Source: Lytechinus pictus (taxonomy: Eukaryota). From it: a DNA stretch of 64,000 bases. Positions 38,572-52,488 of the stretch are shown piece by piece (within the stretch, counting starts at the first letter, position 1; every line of letters begins with the position of its first letter). The position numbers and the translations under genes are program-made. The stretch spans positions 25,608,001 through 25,672,000 of the forward strand of contig NC_087250.1 in assembly GCF_037042905.1 (NCBI RefSeq), written 5' to 3'. The notes below the pieces were generated by a model that was not told where the DNA came from, ran no database searches, and was given only the letters and a program-made list of their open reading frames with translations.

Positions 38572-41344
38572 TAATGAATAAATAAAAAAAATAAAAATAA
38601 ATAAATGAATAAATAAATAAATAAAAAAAATCAATGCATGTCACCAAACAACTATCTCCATTCCCGTTACTTTAAAAATCACATATGTATATTGTCGCAT
38701 TTTTTCAATGAAAACTAAATTGCTGGTTATCTAGATGGCATTTATGTTGTTTGCTTTTTTATCGTTGCAGAGTGATGACTCTCTTGATTTTGACTTCTAC
38801 CTCGCTTCCCATATCGATTGAGCGATTAGCATGATGAGAGTAAAGCTGAAGCCTGTGTGAATGCAAGCGATTTTATTGTACCAGGCTATGCAATGGATTA
38901 AAAGATGAGAACACAGGAACTCGTTCGGTGAAGTCAACTGCTATATGTTCCACATCGGACTATTATATGTTTAATATGTTTATATCCATATCTTAGGGTT
39001 AGAGTTAGGGTATAAAGATATAAGCATACGTAATGCCCGTAATATGCATTATACATTTTATGTACAATCATATAATTCAAGTTGTACTGATGGCGTAACA
39101 TTTTAACCGTTCGTATAAAGATAACATAAACGCTGATATGACCGTTTTATATTTTCAATTCTATTAAAGAAAATGTATTTATTTCTTCAATAAAAAATAT
39201 ACAAAATGTTTTGCCATGACAGCGGAGTATTACATTTATAACCTATCTTTAAACAAAAATCAAGCTAAAAAATGGATACTACTTGTCAAATATATTTTAG
39301 ATGTAATTGTGTTTTATATGACACCGAGATAGATCCTTGTCATTTGATTGATTGGTCGATATCAGTCATTCAGCCCATTTTACAACGACGTCATCAACCG
39401 TGCAATTATAGATCCATTCATCGTGCAATTTTGGATCCACTGATACAATTTTGTCAAATGCACACGCGCACCCAGATTACAGACACCACTCGTGCTTGCA
39501 GCGCGCGTATTGTATATACCCAATAATCAACAGACCGAGCTTGCACTGCATGAGCATATTTTTCATCGAAAATCACAAACTTCATATGAAAAAGAATATA
39601 ATATTAGGTGTCATATAAACCAAATAATAAATGTATACTGTTTTGAATTGAAGTACACGGATGATTCTTTTTCTAGCAATGTAATCATGGCAATCGACAC
39701 GTTTCCAATTGAGTGAAAATATTTTTGGTGGTGTAAGTCAAGTTAAAATGTTAAGGAATATGATTGAGGAACATGTATAGAATGTTTTGGTTTATAAATT
39801 CATATAATAGTAGTATTCACGCGCTCAAAATTAAATCGCAATATGAAAATTACATTGAACAAGGTTTCATTTCTGAAATCAGTTAGCTGTCACCGAGAGA
39901 GGTCGACATGCTTACAAAGTGTTTTATTTTTGTATAATGATTTGTTTTCCTGTAAAATACAAATGTAATGTGATAGTTACAAATAATTGAAAAAAACTAT
40001 ACCGTACGTATGACGGCCATTTTATAAATTTTGAATATAATCAGTGTTTAGATGATCGAAACAAGTTAGAGCCTTCTCAATTTTCTTATCATTATGTTTT
40101 TCTTCAGCTACCAAGTGTTGTGTTCATGGTTGAAGTAGCATATACCATATTCATCAATTTATTCAATTACTTCATGCATTTTTATTGTGTAAAGAAAGAC
40201 TGAGTTAACGCATCATTTATTAATTTTGAGCGTGATAGAGCGCAGTATAATAAACCATTTCCATGAATGGCACGAATAAAACATACTCCCAAAGAAACAT
40301 ACATGTATTGTTGTGTAGGATGTTGTGTGTATGTGTATGAGTGAACACGAGGGGGAAAAACTTGAAAAAGAAATAATGGATGGAAGTTTTTTCCTGAATG
40401 AAATGTTGATACTTGATGTCGTAATCAATTTGGCAGCTCATACAGAAGCTATACTGGGATGAGAAAATCCAAGATGTGCTAATAAACGCTCTTTAGGTTA
40501 CGGAATACAATTCTCGTTCTAATGAAGGTATTTTGACAAACATATATTTTAATGTAACAATTACAAAAACGAAACCGATTCCAAACAGACAGAACATAAG
40601 TTTTTTGTCAAAGTTTTCACTCTAACAAGGTCTAGGGTCCCTACCATTATCCCCGTTATACTAGCAGTATGATATGCAATCATTTGAAACTACTAAAATC
40701 TTCAGATTTGATTGGCTGGTAGTACACGTGTTATAGAATTTTGCATTATTTTATCATTATAATAATTCTCCATGAAGCAGGACCCCACTCGACTCCTGAT
40801 GATTAAAAAAATATTTTAACAGGTGACTTTACAAACCATGAATCATTCCTATTGTCGGGAAAGAAATTTAATTATAGATGTGTTTCAGTTTGAGTTCAAA
40901 CATGTGTTTAAAATATTTACTTGGTCCAGCTAAGGGTAGGCATGTAAACAAGCATGTACATATGTTTTGAATATTTCAAAAGCAAGCGTTGGAAACGTTT
41001 GATACCCCCCCCCCCTTTTTAGAGTACAAGTGTACCAAGTTGATGTCATATTTTGTACAGGTGTTAGAAATATTCTTATTAGGTGAAGCATTTTCATACA
41101 GGTGTCATAAATAGCCAATACAGTGCTCTAGCATTGATGAGTGTAGGTTTACAGATACACAGGAAGTGTCTTTCATCAATAGAATGTTTTGCTTTATGCA
41201 CTCATCTGTTATTGAAATTCTTTGAATTACTTTATATAAATTTTACAGTTAGTCCTAGTAACGGTAGGGTATATTAGGAGGTCAATTTCAGTAATTCGAA
41301 GAGAACCACCTAATCTAGAATAGACCACAGATGTTAGTATAGGC

Positions 41345-41630
41345 AGTCGAAGTTAGAACTGAGGGACTACGTCGGTGACGAGATAACGGCCCCAGCTGCC
41401 GCCGGTTCTCCACCGACATGATTCGTCAAAACTCATGTCATTATTAGGGGCTCGATCTCGTCCACTAATTCGTTGAAGCAACATCTCTCTGATCTGGGGG
41501 CTACTCATCAAGGGGCAACTGTCTGCGGAGGCCGAGGCCGAGTGGAAGAGACATCGCAAGCTGCGGAGGCCAAGAACGGGACCGACCACCAGGGCTGAGT
41601 GGGGCATGTCAAGCCAGATGAGATGATGGG
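41345..41630 (+). mobile_element. Possible degraded RTE-type LINE 3' end
   Basis: GC-rich island; broken frame ...GARSRPLIR*...AEAEAEWKRHRK followed by a GATGAGATGATG tail. Confidence 0.35.
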
Positions 41631-42937
41631 GGGCACGAGTCAACTAATATTGATTAAATTAAGTTATATTTCGTTATCAATATTCATGTATATTAATTCA
41701 TGTACAATTATTGTAAAACCATCAAAAGAGAACAACAGAAAGATTGAAGAGATTTGATTAAGCCTTTTAATAACTGTAATTATCACTTTTACGTATTCCT
41801 TATTTGGTGTCAAGCAGCAGTAGGTAAATTAAAAAAAGTTCACTTCCCACGTGACACCTAGTCGGGGAAATATACGACAAAATACCCCCCCCCCCAAAAC
41901 AAAGTGCAACAAAAAAAGATTTTCAACTGTTTTTGGTACTATTTTTGGCCAAAATCCGCATCTGGGAAAGTGGTTTATGTTCAATATGGCGTCCAATATG
42001 GCCGCCATTCATCATAATCCATTATCTTGGGGGTAAAAATATGTTTTTTATGCAGGTGAGAGTAAATGTAAGCACTCCAGGGTACCTAGAAAAGCAAGAC
42101 ATCCTAAATGGCTGCTTAAAAATACATACGTTAAGTGGTCTTTTAAGTGGTCTAACAGTCAGTTTCTATTCAATGGTCAAGTAGAACATTCAATTTAGTA
42201 CAACTTGCAAGGACAGAAAGTGGTTTTGTATGTCCGAGAACCCAAAGTGGAACTTTTGTTCGCACGAATAGGGTTATAAAAGAGAAGTAGGATACAAAAT
42301 AGAGAAAATGCAAAAGCTAATAAATATACGTCATATAAGCATATATTTTGAGACCAAAATAGCACGTCTGATAGCAAAATTAAATGATGACTTGGGACGG
42401 AGCTGAAGAGAAAGAGAATTCAAAGGTGTTTTCAGGAAGCTATAATTTTTTTTTGTCAGTAATCTGACAACTAAAATGAGCGAGAAAGAAGTATGTGCTC
42501 TATACTCCTCCCATATAGAGATATGCGTGTTTCCACTTACCAAAGTTATGACAATTACATTTAGAGCGTCCTGAACTTCATATCATAATTATGATGATAA
42601 TAGTAAAAATAATAAATTATAAAAATTCTAATAATAAGAACAATTATTATCGCAATGATTAGGATAGTAATCGTCATCCTCATAATCATATAAAGTAAAG
42701 CTTAATCATAGATCCCTTAACGTTCTATAACTATTAAGAATGAAATAAAATCATTTAAGACCCGCTCATCTGCTAACATAAAAAAAATAATAATTTCGTG
42801 TTTAAGCATGTGTACACACCCTTTCAGACGATCCTGTCACTATCATGTAATGTCAAAGAGAGCCATATATAGAGGACGCCCTCTCCAATCTAAACATAAT
42901 CGGGCCAAAGAAGTACACGAATTAACATTTTCTTCCC

Positions 42938-43610
42938 TTTTTGCCTCGCCCACCAGAGGTGAAGGCGAGACTTAGGGATCCAAATGTCGTCTGTCCGTCA
43001 CAGACCTTATGACACATAACTCCGCAACCGTGAGTCACTTTTCAACTAAACTTGGATGGTAGATGGACTTAGGGGACCTGCATGTTATGCTGCAGTCGGA
43101 AGTCACATGGTAAGGTCAAAGGTAATTTCAGGTCAACGTTAACGTTTAAATGCAAGACTCTCTTGTGACACCTAACTCTGCAACCGCAAGTCACTTTTCA
43201 CCCAAACTTGGATTGTTGATGTAGTGAGGAGACCTGCATGTCATGCTGCAGTTGCAGGTCACATGGTAAGGCCAAATGTTATTGTCAGGTCAACGTTAAA
43301 GTTTACATGCACGACTCTCTTATGACACATAACTCTGCATCCGTAAATCACTTTTCAACCAAACTTGGATGGTATATGTACTTAGGGGACCTGCACGTGT
43401 TTGTTTTGGGAGGTCACATGGTAAGGTCAAAGGTCATTTTCAGGTCAACATTAAAGGTTATGTGCAAGGCTATTATGACTAGTGTTATTCCACCACTCAT
43501 TTCACTATGAAGTTTTGATAAAATTATGTTGCGTGCCCTCGCAAATCACGATATTTCTGGTTATTTTCATATTAAAGTGGGCGAGACACAAAATCGCTTT
43601 ATGCCTTGTT
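42938..43610 (-). mobile_element. Complete HINE (pearl/Tsp-like) with three ~156-bp repeats
   Basis: T-run + hairpin CTCGCCCACC-AGA-GGTGAAGGCGAG and a GTCC/GTCT microsatellite; repeats start at 43011, 43167 and 43324; subterminal inverted GTGGGCGAG at ~43577. Confidence 0.8.
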
Positions 43611-44181
43611 TATGAATAAGATCCAAGACCACATAACTATCCGGGGTATCTACCATTGCTATTATTATTAGTTGCCTATGTTATTTATATGTAACAGGAG
43701 ATAAACAATTCACGAAAGTGGACTGTCATGGTAATACCCACTGCAAAGTGTTGACATTTCCGCTATCAATAATATTTGTTGGCATTCCTCCAAATAGAGC
43801 AGACACGTATTATAGCATGGCTCACTGCACTGGCGCCAAGCTGAAGCTATTGTTATTGGTGAACGTTTGCAGTTTTACTTATTCGTGATTGAATTTAATT
43901 GAGTAAAATCGTCTCATCCCCTTATTACAATATGTACAATGACTTGTGATTGTTTTTTGATCAACTACAATAATGGAAGGCCAATACCATACACCAACAT
44001 TTAAAGGGAATGTGCATTTAAAATGTTTTTTTTCTAAATTATGATGTACATTTCCATGCAGTAAAGCCTGTTTATAATAGCCATCAAAGGGAAGAATAAA
44101 TCGTGGCCTTTATAGCCAGGTTCTTGTATAGACATACGGACGAAAAGTGGTTTTAATGGTCACTGTATTTGGTTTGTACTA

Positions 44182-44392
44182 CACTCTAAAAACAAATCAG
44201 TCAAAAATGACTAGTTAATAGGGTCAGCTGGGAGCAACTGTTATTCTAGTCATACTTGAATATTTTCTAGTCGTAGTTTACTAGAACAGAGTTATTTCTG
44301 ACTAGAATATAATTTAGAAATGTGACTAGACATATCAGTTGCACCCAGCTAACTACTGGTCTAGTCAATCTGACTGAGTTGTTTTAAGAGTG
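44182..44392. mobile_element. MITE with TA TSD
   Basis: TA|CACTCTAAAAACAAATCAGTCA ... TGACTGAGTTGTTTTAAGAGTG|TA; largely palindromic. Confidence 0.8.
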
Positions 44393-47300
44393 TATAGACA
44401 GATGGCCACTGACACACTTGTTACGTGATGGTCTGCCTTGAAAAGTCGTTGAGCTCATTTTTATTAACAAAGGACATTGAATTTTTTTTTTAAATCACGA
44501 GAATGAAAATCGATATAGTTGAGATTGATCGGATCAATCACAACTTGTTGTACAATTCCCTGGTCCACATGGCTTGTCTCATCACATCAGATTATCGCTT
44601 TGGGTCGGGTAGTCGCAAATACCCAAATGCTTTAAGTAAAACGCCCCCCAAATTCCCGAAATTTAAGGGGTCTAGTTTGCCAGAGAGTTCGAAAACTTTG
44701 CTATAATTTTCACGAAACATTGGCTAAAATGGACCCTACCTTTCATGGATCTAGGATGCCCTTTTCTCAAATGATCTGGTAAATTGAACCGACATGTCGG
44801 GATTGAGGGGCTCTTTTCTCGAATCGCCTGTTAAAAGCCCCTTTCACAATTGGTGGTACGACTGCCTACAACCGTTGCGATTCTGTACAACATATATTGT
44901 GATCATAATGATCGCATACGATCGCATGCGAAATATTGTGAAAGCCCCTTTACGCGATTGCACGACCCGACGCGATATAACCCGATGTGATAAGCCGGTC
45001 CTCACCTGATTCGTTTACTTTCTATCATGCACCACCTGGGTTGTCGCATCCGGTCGCTTGATACCGATAAATTATTCCAATTATATTTCATTGTTATAAC
45101 CCTTTTTTACCCCGGGTTTATTTTATAATTATTATGTTAGGAAATACCCAGTTAATTTAATAAATACATTAATGGACTAAGTGAATTGCATACCAAACTA
45201 GACCGATTTAATATCATATCAAATGAGTTTAACACATATTATATTTGGCTATCTGAAAAGTAGTCCAACTTCTTGTATGCCAAATAATTGAAATGTATGA
45301 ATGAATTAAATTACATCAGTCCAAATCTATTTTTAATTCATCACATTCATGTATCGACCTGTCTAATTTTTCTCTAAAAGTTACAAAACTCTCTATTTGG
45401 GTCGCAATTTTATTTAAAACTATTAACAACGCTCTTTGTGATTTCGATCCAAATAAAAGAATATACCACAAAAGACACATCATTAAGATTTTGACCAAGT
45501 TTATTTAGAGAAAGAAAAACAAAAGCAATAATAAACATGAAGAGATAAGTTTAAAATTGCAGAGTATCATCAGGTTTTAAATAGAAGAAAAGTACAGGCA
45601 AAAAGTGGGCGGTATGAAACTTAGCAAATACGTCGCAATCTTACTATTTTTGTTTCATTTTGGTGCCTTAAGTCTGTGTGTATCATACTTGCTGAGAAGT
45701 GTTTGTTTCACTTTTTTTTAATTTCTTGAAGTATTGTATTTGGATACGTTTTATGACATTATATTGTGATATTGTATACATGTACCCCACGGATTTCGAA
45801 TAAAGGAACTCAGATCTGTGAAAGGTTATTAAGAAAAAAATGATTTAACTCTAATTTTGAACAGTTAGAGATTGCCTTTATTGTACCTTACTATGACTCT
45901 ATATACGCTCCTTGAAATCAAATGCAAATTTGATGTTAAAAATAAAATAAATGATACCAACGACTGGCCCATTCAAATTTTACATCGGGGCAATATGCAG
46001 GATGGTAATTTTTCGTTTCCAATGTTTTATCCAACTTTTGATTACCATAGACTTTCAAGAATGACATTATTGATCTCAATTTTAAAAGAATTGGCCGAAA
46101 TTAATTATGTTTTATCGAGTATGTATCCGACCCCCCAAAATTGCCAAAATTGACAACTTTATTCTTGTTTTAAAGATATTAAAATTTTGGCTGGTATAGA
46201 CCGTTTTTATTCATCGGAAAAATATTTACCAAAAAATTGTTCACTTTGACCAATATTTTTAATGAGTGGTAGGAAACATTTCATAGGGTACTGTAAGAAA
46301 AAATATCATAGATATATGATAATTGTTTTCTTTTTAAATATGGCGATGGACCCCGTGATCAGAGAAGACTTTAACAAATATCATGGATAATAAATTAATT
46401 TGGAACAGAAAGCCTATGATCTAAGCTTTGTCTTCCTATCAATTTACACACACCTTGGAGATACTTTCTGAGGAAGAATTAATGATTTTTATTCATTCAT
46501 TTTTTCAATCTTTCCCGAGTAATGATAATATTTTGGCTGTCTATACAGATACTAGCAAAACAAAGGAATCATTGTAGTTATAATTCTTAAGTATATACCT
46601 TCCCCAAAATTAGAGGTAGCATGCATTCTGACAAATGCCGTAGAAAAATAAAAAGATATATATGAAAAATGAGCACAACATCAAATTCATCGAGGGTCGT
46701 TCTTTTTCTTTGCATTATTTTGTATTGAAAGATCATTCATGCGTACGGCTGAGCAAATCGTTCCTGGATCGAATAGCCGCTTGGTCTACCAGCTAAACGT
46801 AATTGTTGTTTTATTTCGTAATATTTCAATCATATTTCAATTACTGAATGATTGATCACACTGCCCTGGGAAAGATTTAGAAATAGGGGGTGCTGGTTTG
46901 TTAAAAAGACCAAGAAAAATGTCAAATGACAATGATGTCAGAGGATTTTGTTCAGAAGAACTAAAGAAAGATTAATTCCAACACAGAACTAAATCTAATT
47001 ACAACAACAATAATAATAATTAGATAAACATTTTTCTGTCCAAAATACAGAAGATTTGTGTCAAATCTCTATACATTTTAACATACCAACAAAATTTCCA
47101 GGGGTGCTGCTCGTGGTATACAAAATACCCAACATCAATCCTGCTTCCAAGGCTATGATCATCCAGGTGTTTATATTTAATATCATATTGGATGCAGCAG
47201 TAAAGTTTCCGGGTCTCTACTTTTTATAGAATCCGAACAGGACCCTCGATTGAACCCAGATAGGTTTACTGGCAAAACACGATTTTAATTGAATTCCATA

Positions 47301-47790
47301 AGTTACAAAGTCAGTGCCGAACCTGGGAATGCATGCTTATTGTCATTTAAATGTTTAAATAGAATAATACAGACGACATACAAATAAGGACAAAATATGT
47401 AACCATAATCGTTTGTGTCAACATTAACGTCTAAGCCCCACCCCCAGTTTTCCATGTGTTTTCCCCGCCCCCAAATCTGCCTCTGTCTCTCCACTTCTCT
47501 CATTTTTACTCTTTCTCCTTTTCATCGATAAACCTGTAAAGCTTTGGATCAAAAGAACCAGCCAAACAGAAAGGAATGTTATAAAAAAGAGAAGTCAGAG
47601 GGGTGCAGTTTCATTTTGCTTCTAATAAATTGAAGGAAAAATATATATCCATTGATTTCATTTAAAAAGCCCTCAAGGTACAATGCAACCAAATTCGTAA
47701 ATAGCATTGTTAGGTCAATAACGAAATTATGATAAGATGAAAGGCTTAACCGTGACATGCACTGAAGGTAAACAAAAATCACGATGCATT

Positions 47791-48235
47791 GGGTCACATG
47801 CATAAAAAGTAGCAATTTTTTTCTAGGCTTTTGCTTGATTCCGTATGCATAAAAGTGAGCGAGCATATTGTTTTTGTGTTTTGCTACTAAGATTGAGAAA
47901 TCGCTAATTTGACTGCTGGTAATTGACAATTAAGCTATTGCTAAAACCGTATGCATAAAACGAACATTTCGCTTTAGCACTTGCTTGGTTTTTTTTTCAA
48001 GCTCGGTCAGAGCAGTTTGAGCTTTTGCTTGATCAGGGCGTTCACCTGAGAGAGAACAAAAAGGTGTACCTTAGCCTACATGTTTTCATCCTAATAAGTG
48101 CAAATCAAACACCAAATATATACATTTATCAAAAACAAACATGACAGTTTGACACCAAGCGGTAATTTGCTGAAATATGATAGTTTGCTTGAAGCAATTC
48201 CTTGCTAGCAAATCCTAATTTTTATGCATCTGCCC
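47791..48235. mobile_element. Harbinger-like MITE
   Basis: GGGTCACATGCATAAAAA ... TTTTTATGCATCTGCCC imperfect TIRs. Confidence 0.55.
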
Positions 48236-48327
48236 TTTGTTTATCACGACCTCATATCGTGCATGTTTTTCCCCCTTTATGATTACGAAGCCGAAACGAT
48301 GTTTAAAGCGTTAAGGCCTACTCGGTG

Positions 48328-48330
<3 letters not shown>

Positions 48331-48386
<56 letters not shown>
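48331..48386. repeat. (TA)n microsatellite
   Basis: Directly visible. Confidence 0.98.
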
Positions 48387-48389
<3 letters not shown>

Positions 48390-48396
48390 GTATATA

Positions 48397-50484
48397 CAGT
48401 GCGTCCCGAAAAAAAATACACTTTTGAAATGGCTGCGAAATAAAAAAAACATATCACTTTAGGGGAAAACACTGACATATATGTGAAAGCCAAAAAAGTC
48501 AACTTTTAAATGACACTTCAAAAAATGGAAAACTGTTCATGCTTGAGTGAGTACTGCCTACTGAAACAAAGGGTATGAACATTCGGCTGGGTCGGAATTA
48601 TCAATCCAATTTATGTCAGTTTTTGAGAGGCAAATCCTTTAGAACTTGTAAAGTTAAAAGCGTTTGATTTATTAATGATCGACCAATACTGGTTGTTTAT
48701 TAAAGCAAGTTTCATAAAGTTATTAAATCGAACTTTGATGCATGTGTGAACACAAATTACACTATTTGAGTAGCATTTCAACATTATCATGTAGATCTCG
48801 ATCAGCAATGTTTTCATGGGAGTCGGGAGAATACGGGGTGATATAGGACTTAAGTGCAAAAAGGAGGTTGATAGAATAAGGGTCATCAGAAATTTTAGCC
48901 CCATCCCCCTCCCTCTCTCCCAGCCGCGCGTTTCCGTTTTACACCCTGGCGACGGCAATCTCAGCAGAAATAGCTACAACGCGACTAGTGAAGAGTCTAC
49001 ACACGTCCTCGGTTTCTCCCCACACAACTCTGTGGAGGCTACACGGTCACGGCACTGTCATGAAATAAATCCAAACATGCTTTTGCAGTGGCGTTTGTAT
49101 ACACAACTCACAAGGAGGTGTAAACCTGCAATTCAGGCTCCAGGACCAAAATCCAATTGAAACCAGTTGGATTTCCAACTGGTTTCAATTGGTTTTTACT
49201 GGTTTCAATTGGTTTTAACTGGAATTTAACAATTTCCAGTTGAAACCAATTGAAACCAGTTGGGCAACTGGAAATCCTAACTGGAACCAGTTGGGTAACT
49301 GGAAATGACTTCCAATTGGAAATGATTTCTAACTGGAACCAGTTGAGTAACTGGAAATCCCAACTGGAACCAGTTGGGCATCTGGAAATCTTAACTGGAA
49401 CCAGTTGAGTAACTGGAAATGACTTCCGAACTGGAAATTATTTCTAACTGGAACCAGTTGGGTAACTGGAAATGACTTCCAATTGGAAATGATTTCTAAC
49501 TGGAACCAGTTGAGTAACTGGAAATCCCAACTGGAACCAGTTGGGCAACTGGAAATCCTAACTGGAACCAGTTGGGTAACTGGAAATGACTTCCAACTGC
49601 AGAACCTAAAGTATTGTTTAGTATCACCTGTTGCGGAATACAATTATAGAGTAATCTGGATATATTTTGTAAAGCTAACCCTAAGACCCCCCACCAAAAA
49701 TGATTGGCATCATTGATTTACCTACTATTATTGCATCTGTGTGCCAACTGTTATGACAAACTGAAAGCAGAAGTTACAGGCTTTACCAAATGTTCCACAG
49801 AAGTATGGTTACCATGGCAACCATGTTTCTTCCCAATCCAAAATCAATAGGCGGCTTCGCTTTACCATAATCATGATAATGAACCTTCATGCCACATTTG
49901 AAGATGATCGAAGTAATGTAACAGGTAGAGCAATCACAAGGAAATCTCTGATATTTCCACAAACGCTCTTGTTACCATGGCAACGATGTCTCCGCCCACA
50001 CTAAAATCAATAGGCGGCTTTTTTTTCCATAATGGACCTTCATGCCACATTTGAAGATGATCGGAGAAGAAATGCAGCTGATAGAGCGATCACAAGGAAA
50101 TATCTGCGGCGGCGCCGATGGACGCGGCGGCGCGACGAGGCCAAATCCATAGTATGCTCCGAACTCTGTTCGGGGGATACGATTAAATCAACCCATTCAA
50201 TGTGCAGTGTGATCAATCAAACATTCATTTTTGGCAATAAATTATTTCATAAATCATCATAATCAGTCAATTTCTCGGTAGTCATTCAATAAATAAAAAA
50301 ATGTCCATCAGCCACCAGTCACTTGGCAGTTAAGTTTTGAATAGGCTACAATCCAGGAAGTGAGGCAGAGAGAGAGAGAGAGAGGGGGGGGGGGGGTACA
50401 TGAAACTTTTAATTTGTAAAAGGACAACAAGAAGAGGAATGTCCTTTTAACCAAGTCTTACCATATCTTGCCCTCTTGCTTGTA
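48397..50484 (-). mobile_element. Second, inverted and interrupted copy of the 24334-26074 Tc1/mariner-like family
   Basis: 48397-48920 matches the TIR arm; 50230-50484 is the reverse complement of ~25117-25400. Confidence 0.85.
49150..50181 (+). mobile_element. HINE-like insertion with an AACTGG/CCAGTT palindromic repeat array
   Basis: Short-period repeats at 49150-49600, two longer repeats (AAAATCAATAGGCGGCTT...GCCACATTTGAAGATGATCG), a GCG tract, and terminal hairpin GTATGCTCCGAAC-TCT-GTTCGGGGGATAC at 50152-50180. Left boundary uncertain. Confidence 0.65.
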
Positions 50485-50890
50485 ACTTATATGAAAACCA
50501 AATGAGACAGTTAAGTAGATAATATTTCGATATTTAATTGTCTTTGCACTTTCTTCACAATCCATCTTGAAGAAAGTCTGAATATTCTAATGACATTGAG
50601 GTCTGAAGTTGTCAACCCGGTCGTTAAGCACGAGCCACATCGCTGATACCATAGTAGCAACTATTATGTTGCACACGTAGTGCAAATCTAACGTCCCCGT
50701 CGTGATGGCGAAAACTTCCTACTAAGACTTTGTACAACACGATTAGTATTAGAGTTCTCGATATTCAAATGTGCATAACCTTTTCATTACTTGCCAAACC
50801 TACTAAAACTTTGATTGTTTTTTTTTAAATATATTTTAAGATCAAACATGCTTTAACAGTCCAAGGGTTTCATTTGGTTTTCATATAAGT
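50485..50890. mobile_element. MITE with perfect 21-bp TIR
   Basis: ACTTATATGAAAACCAAATGA ... TCATTTGGTTTTCATATAAGT. Confidence 0.75.
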
Positions 50891-51062
50891 ATGCATTTAG
50901 CTGGGGTTAATCAAATAATAATTGATTGAAAGGGCGCAGCGTAATTTTTGAAATGATCTTTAGAAAGATGAAAATGTCTACCCTGAATAGATCTAGCCTT
51001 CACAATGAAAGCATTCTTTAAAACCAGACAAACTGCCAATGGAATCAACCCAAACTCTTTAA

Positions 51063-51612
51063 AGGGGAATCCAACCCAAATAAAAACTTGTTTTCATAAG
51101 GAAAAGAAATATCAGACAAGTTGATAGGCGAAAGTTTGAACATATTGGACAAACAACAAAAAAGTTATGAATTTTTAAAAGTTCTAAATATTGGTAATCA
51201 CTATATCCATGGAGACTTCAAATTGGCCGCATATGGGATGTCATAGTGATGTAAGACAATGACTACTCTTCCATGTACTCCAATACATATTATGGCTTTC
51301 ATTAAGAACATAAAACAATATACTACCTGGGTTATATTTAAATTACTGCCCCAGGGGAAATGGGTACTTAGGAGAAAACCACAAATCCCTGATAATAAAG
51401 TACATGGCCTATGAGAAAGTTGTCCTTGCCCCTTGTCATAATTTACTTACACAGTTGCCAATTTGAAATCTACATAGTATTGGTGATCTCAATTTTAAAG
51501 CAGCTATAACTTTCCTATTGCTTGTCTGATTTCTTTCAAACTTTCACCATTCTATTTGATTTATTTTTCTCCTTCCCAACACAACATTTTATGGCAAATA
51601 TTGGATTCCCCT
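51063..51612. mobile_element. TTAA-target MITE
   Basis: TTAA|AGGGGAATCCAA ... TTGGATTCCCCT|TCAA. Confidence 0.75.
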
Positions 51613-52272
51613 TCAACAGTAAACTGCATTACATGGCTTCTTCTGAAAAGATAAAACCAGCAATGTGTCGAAAGGGAAAGTTTTCTGTAATAGCTAAAAC
51701 AATAATTTGGTCTCTAGAAAGTAAACATTTGAAAATAAGCTTATAGAGAGCGTATTACTTTTCTCTCTACTGTAAAAATTTGAAGTTGTAAGATTAAAAT
51801 AAAAGGAAAGATAAAGGAAATATTTTTCTAAGCAGTTTGATGGACCACTTGGAAGTTTCATTGCATAGTTGTACATCTCATTCTTTAGTGAACCCCAAAC
51901 TTCAAACCTTGTTTTCTCCCTTTTTTGGGGAACCTCCCACTGGATTTCTTCTGCATCTAATCAACCACTTATGAAGGTTATTGCTGATCACAATTTCAAA
52001 GCTAATAAAAGAAAGGCATTTTTAAGCACAATACCCCCCCCCTCAAATCAGAATGGGCGACTTACTGTTGGTTTCGTTTGAACCAGAGAGTCAGAATGAG
52101 CTCAAATGTATGCAAAACGCATCATAATATCTATGTCTCTATAAGCGTCGTAATGGCATGAATGGGGTAGATCTTTTAGCATAGCAATGGGGCTTGACAT
52201 TTAATTTTGTAGTTCCATGCTGCATACCATTCTTCTGCTGAGGCGATTTTTGTGTGCCCAATACCAGTTACG

Positions 52273-52310
<38 letters not shown>

Positions 52311-52316
<6 letters not shown>

Positions 52317-52485
52317 TCTTAAAGATTCACGTATTGGCTTCTGTAAGGTAACAAAATAATGCTGAAGATAATGCTTTTTAATGATAATTGTTAAACTCCT
52401 GAAGAAGACGGAGGACCGTCGAAAATTTGAGGAAACAATAAAAAACTTTATTGGCAATGAAAGCATTATCTTCAGCATTATTTTG

Positions 52486-52488
<3 letters not shown>
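52311..52488 (+). mobile_element. Penelope-like pseudo-LTR remnant inserted in (TA)n
   Basis: (TA)n on both sides; perfect 29-bp inverted repeat at 52349-52377 / 52460-52488; internal hammerhead motif and AATAAA. Confidence 0.65.
52396..52431 (+). ncRNA. Minimal type I hammerhead ribozyme motif
   Basis: CTC-CTGAAGA-A-GACGG-AGGA-CCGTC-GAAA-ATTT-GAG: CUGANGA and GAAA core boxes, 5-bp stem II, palindromic vestigial stem III, and CTC/GAG stem I. Confidence 0.72.

Larger units (their letters stand above)
34578..40215 (+). repeat. Old segmental duplication copy 2
   Basis: Collinear with 17875-28370. Confidence 0.9.

Noticed and set aside
45180..45500. Possible CR1 endonuclease relic (DELKIDLD...FQLFGIQEV)
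   Set aside because: Too degenerate to call without a profile search.
49329..49716. ORFs with QLLNWFQL / NWNQL repeats
   Set aside because: Translations of the AACTGG palindromic repeat array.
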